This document shows positions 1 to 8,875 of a DNA stretch of 15,484 nt, one piece after another. The notes under the pieces are model-generated. The model worked only from the letters and a program-made list of their open reading frames with translations, did not search any database and had not been told where the DNA came from. Position 1 is the first letter of the stretch; the number at the start of each line of letters is the position of its first letter. This DNA is from Octopus sinensis (taxonomy: Eukaryota). The stretch covers positions 1-15,484 of the forward strand of contig NW_021825445.1 of assembly GCF_006345805.1 (NCBI RefSeq), given 5' to 3'. The position numbers and the translations under genes were made by a program.

Positions 1-266
1 AACCGTTAAGTTACGGGGACGTAAGCACACCGGCATCGGTTGTCAAGCGATGCTGGGGGACAAACAGACATACAAACACGCACACATAACTATACATATA
101 TGCGACGGGCGACTTTCAGTTTCCGTCTACCAAATCCACTTACAAGTCTTTGGTCGGCCCTTGGCTATAGTAGAAGACACTTGCCCAAAGTGCCACGCAG
201 TGGGACTGAACCTGGAACCATGTATATGTTCAGCAAGCTATTTACCGCTCAACCACTCCTGTGCCT
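1..266 (-). mobile_element. tRNA-derived SINE, family A, 5' part (3' part runs off the window start)
   Basis: The minus strand begins with a tRNA-like head: A-box-like TGGTTGAGCGG, B-box-like GGTTCAGTCCC, then GGGCAAGTGTCTTCTACTATAGCC. It is colinear with the copies at 3433-3843, 9731-10103 and 13035-13389. Confidence 0.9.
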
Positions 267-484
267 AATTAGTAATATAAAACAAATAATTACTTCTATA
301 CTTACATTATAACACTAAAGTTCAGGAGGATCTTTAAATTGTTGTCTCTTTAAATTATCTAAGTGTATTCACTATAAAAATTAATTTCTAATTAATTAAG
401 AAGTGACAGTTCAGTTTTCGTTAAACCAATTCATTTTACCCCTTTGCACGCATACACGATGGCGACTACACATATATATACGAA

Positions 485-715
485 GGCGGCGAGCTGGCAC
501 AAACGTTAGAATGCTGGGCGAAATGCATTGCCGTATTTCGTCTGCCGTTACGTTCCGAGTTCAAATTCCGCCGAGGTCGACTTTGCCTTTCATCCTTTCG
601 GGGTCGATAAATTAAGTACCAGTTACTCACCGGGGTCGATGTAATCGACTTAATCCGTTTGTCTGTCCTTATTTGTCCCTTCTATGTTTAGCCCCTTGAG
701 GGTAGTAAAGAAATA
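485..715 (+). mobile_element. tRNA-derived SINE, family B, monomer
   Basis: Head GGCGGCGAGCTGGCA, B-box GAGTTCAAATTCC, body CGAGGTCGACTTTGCCTTTCATCCTTTCGGGGTCGA, end GGGTAGTAAAGAAATA. It is homologous to 5134-5547 and 6658-7052. Confidence 0.9.
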
Positions 716-979
716 TATATATATATAGAGAGAGAGAGAGAGGGGAGAATGAGGGGTGTGGTGGTAGAGAGAAATAGAGAGTGAGTGTACTCGTTTATCT
801 CTCTGATTTCTATATTGTTCTCCCTATTATTGTTGCAGCTGCTGAAGATGATATTTAAGTCGTATTTACTCCCTGTTTATCCCTCACGGTGTAGTTATTT
901 TCTGTGTGTTTTATGGAGAATAGATGGTGTGTTTTTGATGAGGTTAATAATAACCCTCAAAAGAAAATAAAACCAAATT

Positions 980-1058
980 TACATGGAGTGGAAATCGAAA
1001 CCGCATCACCGATTTAAGCTATACAGAAACATTACCGTTTACTCAATGTACGGCGCCT
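980..1058 (-). mobile_element. highly degenerate tRNA-like SINE head fragment
   Basis: The minus strand contains a B-box-like GGTTTCGATTTCC similar to the family C head; the rest is poorly conserved. Confidence 0.3.
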
Positions 1059-1175
1059 GAACACACATATAGGAATTTATTGTTATAAATAGCATCGTTA
1101 AATCATATAACAATTAAGCTTGAATATATAAAGGGGAAAATAACGAGAACAAGAAAGAAAGAAAAAGAAACAATT

Positions 1176-1221
1176 AGAGAGAGAGAGAGAAAGAGAGAGA
1201 AACAAGGGAGATAAACAAACA

Positions 1222-1263
<42 letters not shown>

Positions 1264-1266
1264 GAG
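1176..1266. repeat. (GA)n compound microsatellite
   Basis: Visible GA/AG runs. Confidence 0.95.
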
Positions 1267-1480
1267 ATGGGAACAGTGTATTGTAGAAGAAAGAAAGGAA
1301 GAGATAAAGCGGATGATTTGCGTATATTAACATATATCATAAACATGGATCAATGAGTTACAAGACGAGACTGCAGGCTATTAATTTATAGCTATAAAAT
1401 AGGAGACGGCCATCATCAAATTTGTGTGAACGAAGAAAGAAGTGTGTGTAATTCTGCTTTCCTTTCTTCTCTCAACCAAA

Positions 1481-1512
<32 letters not shown>
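1481..1512. repeat. (ACT)n microsatellite
   Basis: Perfect ACT run. Confidence 0.95.
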
Positions 1513-1514
<2 letters not shown>

Positions 1515-1529
1515 ACATGTATTCACCAG

Positions 1530-1540
1530 TGTGTGCGTGC

Positions 1541-1574
<34 letters not shown>

Positions 1575-1920
1575 GAATGTATATATATATATATATATAT
1601 ACATGTATATATATATATATGTATGTATATGTATGTGTGTGTGTGTGTCTGCGTGTATATATATAGATATATACATATTTATATATATATGTATATATGT
1701 ATATATACATAATATATATATACATATATATACATATATATATGTATGTATGTATATATATACATAATATATATACATATATATACATATATCTATGTAT
1801 ACGTATGTGTATGTATATATAAATATATATATATAAATATATATATATACAATATATATATACATACATATCACATATATTACATATATATATATGTATG
1901 TTTGTGTATATATATATATA

Positions 1921-1954
<34 letters not shown>

Positions 1955-2180
1955 GGATGTGTATATATATATATAATATACGATATACGCATATATACCT
2001 ATATATATATACATATATATATATATATGTATGTATGTATATATATACATCATATATATACATATATCTATGTATACGTATGTGTATGTATATATATAAA
2101 TATATATATAAATATATATATCTACATATATATATACATACATATACACATATATATACATATATATATGTATGTGTGTG

Positions 2181-2220
<40 letters not shown>

Positions 2221-2305
2221 ATATATATATATATATATATAATATAATATATTATATATATACGCATATATACATATATATATATATACATATTTATGCA
2301 TGTGT
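1530..2305. repeat. long (TA)n/(TG)n compound microsatellite
   Basis: About 770 bp of TA runs interrupted by TG/CA. It is the source of the spurious YI-rich ORFs. Confidence 0.97.
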
Positions 2306-3309
2306 GTATTCATATTTATTTTGTAGCCGTTAAAGAGGATATTTCTGGTAATAAATCCATTTTGTGTTCACATCATTGAAGCTTACGAGAGATGCGTTCA
2401 TGTAACACAAAGCAATAACTAACCCACAGGCCTTCTCCGCACCTTCCTCCTCACCACGCAATCAATCTTTCATTCACACATTTTCGCTTCCTACAGTTAT
2501 TGTAAGGTGTACACTTGACCTGGTCAGTGTGGCAGCTGATTTCATTCAGACGAATATAAAAATAGGCAGATTCTCTTTCATATCCTGGCATTTATACCGT
2601 TGCCAATCAGGCAAAGCGCGTAGCTTTGGCAGTCGCTGCGATGTTAGTCGCGAAAATTGCATGCAGACGTCAGTTTCCTCAATTAGACGAGATGTCTCGT
2701 CGTCTTGTACGGCCTTGTTTTAGCTTGGCTTCTGTCAACTCTGCTTCATTGACGATGGAAGGGCAATGTGTAAACTGTGCTTTATCGGATCTAATCTGTC
2801 ATCAGTTGGCTACAAACTGAGCTGTCGTACATGTTTGTATATAGATAGAGGCGGAAATATCTCACGCTAATCAAATGAATATCTTCCTCCCGTGGAGTGT
2901 CGTAGTGGATGACGATAGGTGCTTGAGGAGCAGTAGAGAGGAAGTTAGGTTAGAAAGGGAGTTAAGGAAAGAAGTGAAATGTCGTAAACAACGTTCGTAT
3001 AGCGAAATGGTGAGGACAACAACGGAGGATGAGCGAAATAGAAACTTGTGACAATCAAAGAAAAACACTGGCAAACGATTTCCTTATCAACACATCTTGA
3101 CTTTCCTCTGGTCTGCAAACCGATGACATGTCGTCAGCAACGCCTCGAGGTTTACATGTGTTGCGTAGAATCTCTGAGGAAGGGTTGTTAACCTCATACT
3201 AAATTTATGAATTTGCTTAACACGCTTTGATTCATCACACGGCTTCTAAAACCGTATATAAATCTGTCTACGATTTGCGTTTATAAATAAACGCATACAG
3301 ACGTATATG

Positions 3310-3430
3310 GATGGTCCTCCGTCGGTTTCGAATGTATGATGAACTGAGTTAATTATTTGCTCTCAATTAGAGCATTCCACAGTCAAGTTTGGCCTTAACG
3401 TAATTCTCAGGCAGAACCAACGTGACAGAG
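3310..3430 (-). mobile_element. degenerate 3' fragment of SINE family C
   Basis: CTCCGTCGGTTTCGA and GAGCATTCCACAG...CCTTAACGTAATTCTCAGG...CGTGACAGAG match the 8450-8600 part of the intact family C copy. Confidence 0.6.
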
Positions 3431-3432
3431 TA

Positions 3433-3843
3433 TACTCTTTTACTCTTTTACTTGTTTCAGTCATTTGACTGCGGCCATGCTGGAGCACCTCCTTTAGTCG
3501 AGCAAATCGACCCCGTGACTTATTCTTTGTAAGCCCAGTACGTATTCTATCGGCCTCTTTTTGCCGAACCGCTAAGTGACGGGGACGTAAACAAACCAGC
3601 ATCGGTTGTCAAGCAATGCTAGGGGGACAAACACAGACACACAAACACACACACACATACATATATATATACATACATTTATACGACAGGCTTCTTTCAG
3701 TTTCCGTCTACCAAATCCAATCACAAGGCATTGGTCGGCCCGGGGCTATAGCAGAAGACACTTGCCCATGATGCCACGAAGTGGGACTGAACCCGGAACC
3801 ATGTAGTTGGTAGGCAAGCTACTTACCACACAGCCACTCCTGT
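3433..3843 (-). mobile_element. tRNA-derived SINE, family A, near full length
   Basis: A-box TGGCTGTGTGG and B-box GGTTCAGTCCC at the 3843 end, internal (TG/TA) tract, (GAGTAAAA)n tail at the 3433 end. Confidence 0.92.
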
Positions 3844-4114
3844 ATGTAATTTTTAAATTACATGTGCAATCAATTCGACAGGCTTCTTGATAGTTTCCGT
3901 CCCATAATTTTACACATAAAACATAGGTTGACTAAAAATTACAGAAAACGATATTTGGTCCTCTCTCCGCCCCGCCCAATGTGACGTGATGAGATTGAAC
4001 AAGGGACCTAGTTGTTGCGAAGCAAGTTTCTTAACCTCTTGAATATGCTGGTTCGCATTTCCAGCAGAGTCGATTGGGGCAACGTGAGATGATGGAATTT
4101 GCTTAAGGACGGAA

Positions 4115-4185
4115 TGCAGAATGCGGTCCAAGATTTGAAATTACGATCTTACGATAGGGAGCTCACTAACCTCAACCACTCGGGT
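4115..4185 (-). mobile_element. degenerate tRNA-like SINE head
   Basis: The minus strand reads CCCGAGTGGTTGAGG...AATTTCAAATCTTGGACCGC, giving weak A-box and B-box matches. Confidence 0.35.
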
Positions 4186-4189
4186 ATAC

Positions 4190-4872
4190 ATCATCACACA
4201 CACACACACACACACCCTTACACACACTTACACACATACACGCACATACACCCTCGCACGCAAACACTCGCGCACACACATACACGCACACACATACACG
4301 CACTCACATACACGCACACATATACGCACTCACACACACACACACACACGCTCACAAACACGTTCGCACACAAGCACACGCGCCCACACACACGCACACA
4401 TACACACACATACACGTGCACTCACACACACATACACGCACTCGTGAACATACACACACTGACAAACACATTCCCACGCAAACACTCACGCACATACACA
4501 CGCAGGCACACACATACACTCACTCACACACACAAACAAGTTCGCACGCAAATACTCACGTACACACACACGCATTCACACACATACACGCACAATCACT
4601 CACACATACATACACTCACAAACACGTTCCTACACACACACTCACACACATACACACACACGCATACATGCACACTCACACACACACCTACACGCACTCA
4701 CGCACATACACATACACTCACAAACACGTTCCCACGCAAACACTCACGCACACATACACGCACGCACACACATACACGCACACTCACACACCAAACACAC
4801 ACACACGTTCGCAAACAAACACTCACACGCACACACACTTACGCACACACATATACGCCCACACATATACAC
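4190..4872. repeat. (CA)-rich cryptic minisatellite
   Basis: CA background with a recurring landmark CACAAACACGTTC(G/C)CACGCAAACACTCACGC. It is the source of the spurious HT-rich ORFs. Confidence 0.9.
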
Positions 4873-4966
4873 AAAATTACGTTTTCGCAGCAAGCACTTA
4901 CAAATAGTACCAGATTTTACCGTTTTAATTCCGTCTGACCATTTACATATTTCTATACAAGTTATC

Positions 4967-5693
4967 TAGCAGGCGTGGCTCTGTCGTAAGATGTTTGGTA
5001 CGCGACCACATGGTTCCAAGTTCAGTCCCACTGTGTGTCCCACTGTGTGTCCTGGGCAAGTGTCTTCTATTATAGCCACGGGTCGACCAAAGCCTTGTTA
5101 GTGGATTTGGTAGATGGAAACTGAAAGAAACCTTATTCTTTACTACCCACAAGGGGCTAAACACAGAGAGGACAAACAAGGACAGACAAACGGATTAAGT
5201 CGATTATATCGACCCCAGTGCGTAACTGGTACTTATTTAATCGACCCCGAAAGGATGAAAGGCAAAGTCGACCTGGGCGGAATTTGAACTCAAAACGTAG
5301 CGGCAGACGAAATACCTATTTCTTTATTACCCACAAGGGGCTAAACACAGGGGGGACAAACAAGGACAGACATAGGTATAAAGTCGATTACATCGACCCC
5401 AGTGCGTAACTGGTACTTATTTAATCGACCCCAAAAGGATGAAAGGCAAAGTCGACCTGGGCGGAATTTGAACTCAGAACGTAGCGGCAGACGAAATACG
5501 GCTACGCATTTCGCCCGGCGTGCTAACGATTCTGCCACCTCGGTGCCTGAAAGAAACCTGTCGTGTGTGTATGGGGGGGTGTATTTATGTCTGTGTTTAT
5601 CCTCCCAAACCGATTGATGGCCAGGGCTAGAGTGCTTATGTTCCCGTGACTTAACGATTTGGTAAAGGAAACCGAGGGAATAAGTGCCGGGCC
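4967..5693 (+). mobile_element. older SINE family A copy, interrupted by the family B dimer
   Basis: The 5' half (4967-5133: GGTTCCAAGTTCAGTCCC...GGGCAAGTGTCTTCT...GGAAACTGAAAGAAACC) resumes at about 5560 and continues as a degenerate family A body to about 5693. Confidence 0.75.
5134..5547 (-). mobile_element. SINE family B head-to-tail dimer with target-site duplication
   Basis: Head 5500-5547, unit 1 5316-5499 (184 bp), unit 2 about 5134-5315. The direct repeat TGAAAGAAACCT flanks it at 5122-5133 and 5548-5559. Confidence 0.9.
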
Positions 5694-5850
5694 TTTACTC
5701 TTTTACTCTTTTACTTTCTTCAGCTATTTGACTGCGGCCATGCTGGTGCACCGCCTTTAGTCAAGCAAATTGACCCCAGGATTTATTCTTTGTAAGCCTA
5801 GTACTTATGCTATGGATCTCTTTTTGCCGAATTGCTAAGTTACGGGGGGA
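5694..5850 (-). mobile_element. 5'-truncated SINE family A copy (3' end only)
   Basis: The (TTTTACTC)n tail is followed by CAGCTATTTGACTGCGGCCATGCTGG...GCTAAGTTACGGGG. Confidence 0.85.
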
Positions 5851-6657
5851 CCGGCGTACCGTTCAGGTGGGGAGCCGATACGCCAATGAAACCGGGAAAC
5901 CGGCCCTTATGAGCCGGGAAGGAACAAACAACAACGTTATGTGCCTTGCTTGTCCGTTCGTCTGTCTGTTTGTCATACGCTCTCCTCCAATTTTCAAGCA
6001 ATTTATCCGAGAAATGAAATACGAAAACATTGAATGTTTTTTTTTTCTTTTCTTCAATATATAAATTCTACGTATGGTAGAATAACTTTTGTGTTTTATT
6101 TTTGAAAGAAGTTCATTATTATTATTATTATTATTATTATTACTTTTTATTTTTTCGAGACACGCCGAAAAAATTGCCAAGAATATTCCACACACAAATA
6201 CAAGAATAGAATTTGATGAAAGGAAATAGAGACTTCTAGGAGACATGAAGAATAAAGGGAAAAGTGATTGAAATAATAGAGAGAGATTAACAAAAATTCT
6301 CAGTTTTTTAAAAATGCTAATTCTACCTTAAATCTATTTCGATTTATTGACATGTTGTTCATGCTCCCACCTGACGCTGGTTATTTTTGTGGTGTATAAA
6401 GTATTTTACAAATTCTTTCAGTCAAGAACACAATTAATTCTGCTGTTTGTGAGGTAAACATACTGTTTTCCCCCTCGAATGCTTTTTGATATACGACAAT
6501 TGTGAATAAGAAATGATTCTCTGAAACTCCTCATTTACTACTTTGTTAATTAATAAATAATGTGTGAGGAAATTGTGGCTAAGACATTCCATTGGAGTGT
6601 TGCGTTGATATTGTGAACAAAATTATGATTTAAAAAATTCAGTTGCCACAAATATTA

Positions 6658-7052
6658 TTTTCTACTCTAGGCACAAGGCTCGACATTTTTGGGGAGGAGG
6701 CCAGTCGATTAGATCTACCCTAGTACGCAATAGGCACTTAATTTATCGACCCCGAAAGGATGAAAGGCAAAGTCGACCTCGGCGGAATTTCAACTCAGAA
6801 TGTAGCGGCAGACGAAATACCTATTTTTTTTACTGCCCACAAGGGGCTACACACAGAGTGGACAAACAAGGACAGACAAACGGATTAAGTCGATTACATC
6901 GACCCCAGTGCGTAACTGGTACTTATTTAATCGACCCTGAAAGGATGAAAGGCAAATCGACCTCGTCGGAATTTGAACTCAGAACGTAACGGCAGACGAA
7001 ATACCGCTAAGCATTTCGCCCCGCGTACTAACGTGTCTGCCAGCTCACCGCC
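6658..7052 (-). mobile_element. SINE family B dimer with two different 3' ends
   Basis: Head 7005-7052 and unit 6821-7004 with the standard tail. A second body at 6700-6820 ends in an alternative tail (GGGGAGGAGGCC...AGGCACAAGG...TCTACTCTAG on +). A possible degenerate TSD TGCC(A/C)CAAATATTA lies at 6644-6657 and 7058-7071. Confidence 0.85.
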
Positions 7053-7112
7053 TTGTCTGCCCCAAATATTACAAACATTTACACTTAAACACGCACACCT
7101 ACGAGCCCTTAT

Positions 7113-7160
7113 ATGGCTACTCGATCTGTTAGAAATAAAAGCCAAATCCTTCTGAAATCA
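7113..7160 (+). mobile_element. short fragment of a fourth dispersed repeat (family D)
   Basis: CTACTCGATCTGTTAGAAATAAAAGCCAAATCC resembles 8876-8925 and 9650-9720. Confidence 0.45.
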
Positions 7161-7502
7161 GCCAGAAGGACATCATAATTATGAGAATAGAACCTAGACT
7201 AGCAACATTGTTCACAGAAAAGTCTTCTTGGAAGTAAATGTGAATTATCGTACAATGTTAATATTGAGATTGTAGAATATGAAATACAATAAGATTATAT
7301 AAGTGAAGACGACAACTCTAATTTCAATAATTTATCTAATTAAAAACAACCTAATATAACATATATTTTTCTGAAAATGAAAATAGAAGTTAAGTTAATA
7401 ATTTACTAATTCTTTCAAAGACAATTGCAGCGTGGAATGTGTTTATAAGCCATTTAAGAAACACGCAAAATCCTTTAGATTCACTTCAACATTTAGATTT
7501 AA

Positions 7503-8011
7503 CTAGCAGTATCGCCCGGCGTTGCTCGGGTTTGTAAGGGAAATAACTATATAAGCATTTTTAGAGACTTACTTCCCTTATAGATGCCAATTCGGGCTTT
7601 CTTAGCCATTCTGTTTTGTGTCTTCAAGCCATGAAGCGTTGTTCTAAAAGAACGCTGGTCTCCTTGACAACGCTTTACGACGTTGATTTCCTTACACTCC
7701 CTTCCCCACAGCTTCACGAGGGAGAGAAGAAGGGGGAGAAGCAAACAGGTGCAGGTGGACCATGGACGCCAACTCCGCCGCCATCGACACACGAAAAATT
7801 ATGCATTAAAATGGAATAAAAAATGATGTTAAATTATTTTTAAAATCGTAGACTCATCGTAGACGCGCGCTAATAGCCAGACGGGCTCGATATTAATCAC
7901 GACTATAAGATACCCGAATTTGGTTAAACTGCACCGCAAAATGTGGGAGGAGTTAGGAATCTAAATCGAAGGGGACAGACACTCACACAACTAGAGTTTT
8001 ATATATATAGA
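7503..8011 (-). mobile_element. non-autonomous Helitron (509 bp)
   Basis: The minus strand starts TCTATATATATAAAAC and ends CTAG. The hairpin CCCGAGCAACGCCGGG (7515-7530) lies 8 nt before the CTAG. It is inserted between host A and T with no TSD, and removing it restores the foldback arm seamlessly. Confidence 0.92.
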
Positions 8012-8062
8012 TTTGTCAAAATATTTTCGTCGCTTTGAAACCGCGACCTGTTCACTGACAAA
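8012..8062 (-). ncRNA. hammerhead-ribozyme-like motif, minimal type I topology, G3:C8-swapped core
   Basis: The minus strand reads stem I UUUGUCA, core GUGAACA, extra G, stem II GUCGC/GCGAC (loop GGUUUCAAA), GAAA, palindromic AUAU, U16.1, U17, stem I UGACAAA. Confidence 0.6.
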
Positions 8063-8089
8063 ATTCTGTGCTGCATCTTGTCAGTGAAT

Positions 8090-8140
8090 TTTGTCAGTGA
8101 ACGGGTCGCGGTCTCAAAGCGACGAAAATATTTTGACAAA
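8090..8140 (+). ncRNA. second, inverted copy of the G3:C8 hammerhead-like motif (A9G, probably inactive)
   Basis: The plus strand reads TTTGTCA-GTGAACG-G-GTCGC-GGTCTCAAA-GCGAC-GAAA-ATAT-T-T-TGACAAA. Confidence 0.5.
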
Positions 8141-8442
8141 TTAAATTTAAATATTGAAGTGAATCTAACGGTTTTTGTGTGTTTCTTAAATGGCTTATAA
8201 ACACCTTCCACGCTGCAATTGTTTTCGTTCCAGCACATGATCTCAGATCAGGTCACTTGCTATGCAAATACATCTCCGTAATTCTTTCAAAGACGTTTTG
8301 TATTTAAACTGTGTTCATTTTTTATTGGAAGGCAGTTTGAAAACGAAAAATTGACATCTCACTTTTACAATATTTCTGTAAACAAAGCAATAGGTATCGA
8401 ACATGTCTAGTGTAATACCAAATATCGCTGTCCAAGTTTATT

Positions 8443-8830
8443 GGGGATGGAAGCACTCCGTCGGTTACGACGACGAGGGTTCCGGTTGAGCCGAATCAAC
8501 GGAACAGCCTGCTCGTGAAATTAACGTGTAAGTGACTGAGCACTCCACAGACACGTGTACCCTTAACGTAGTTCTCGGGGATATTCAGCGTGACACAGAG
8601 AGTGACAAGGCCGGCCCTTTGAAATACAGGTACAACAGAAACAGGAAGTAAGAGTGAGAGAAAGTTGTGGTGAAAGAGTACAGCAGGGATCACCACCATC
8701 CCCTGCCGGAGCCTCGTGGAGCTTTAGGTGTTTTCGCTCAATAAACACTCACAACGCCCGGTCTGGGAATCGAAACCGCGATCCTATGACCGCGAGTCCG
8801 CTGCCCTAACCACTGGGCCATTGCGCCTCC
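8443..8830 (-). mobile_element. tRNA-derived SINE, family C, full length with TSD
   Basis: Head GGAGGCGCAATGGCCCAGTGGTTAGG with B-box GTTTCGATTCC; 3' end GTCGTCGTAACCGACGGAGTGCTTCC. The TSD CCAAGTTTATT lies at 8432-8442 and 8831-8841. Confidence 0.93.
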
Positions 8831-8875
8831 CCAAGTTTATTACTCATGTAACGAGCCGACGAATGAGTCACAGTT

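Larger units (their letters stand above)
7423..8278. mobile_element. foldback (palindromic) element, probably Penelope-like inverted pLTR or MITE-like, split by a Helitron
   Basis: The left arm (7421-7502 plus 8012-8066) is the reverse complement of 8086-8222, with 8 mismatches in 137 bp by hand alignment and a 19-nt loop. The direct repeat TAATTCTTTCAAAGAC flanks it at 7407-7422 and 8279-8294. Confidence 0.85.

Noticed and set aside
1426-2313. Long YI/IY-rich ORFs up to 260 aa
   Set aside because: They are translations of the (TA)n/(TG)n microsatellite.
2780-2812. CUGAUGA on the minus strand (similar hits near 13645 and 13892, and CUGAGGA on plus near 3175)
   Set aside because: None is followed by a stem II and GAAA; these are chance heptamers.
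3095-3145. CUGACGA...GAAAGUC on the minus strand, and an 'ADD' tripeptide resembling the RT YADD motif
   Set aside because: There is no G10.1-C11.1 stem II, no room for stem III and no stem I pairing. The surrounding frames are closed and lack other RT motifs.
4099-4938. 279-aa and 163-aa His/Thr-rich ORFs
   Set aside because: They are translations of a CA-rich repeat, which cannot generate stops on this strand.
5133-5499. SINE B tandem units as hammerhead retrozymes or a CRISPR-like array
   Set aside because: No hammerhead core was found on either strand. The units are whole-body duplicates without unique spacers, in a eukaryotic context.
5851-5935. GC-rich segment ending in AACAAACAACAAC, possibly the 3' end of another retroposon or a ribozyme
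   Set aside because: It is single copy in this window and no hammerhead or HDV fold could be built by eye, so it is left unannotated.
6422-6453. Possible 32-nt micro-exon (TTCTTTCAG|...GAG|GTAAAC; one frame gives KNTINSAVCE)
   Set aside because: Splice-like words are common, the peptide is not recognised and there are no supporting neighbouring exons. RNA-seq would be needed.
8760-8830. Genuine tRNA gene
   Set aside because: The tRNA-like head continues into a dispersed SINE body with a TSD and lacks a complete acceptor stem or terminator. The same applies to 9101-9170.
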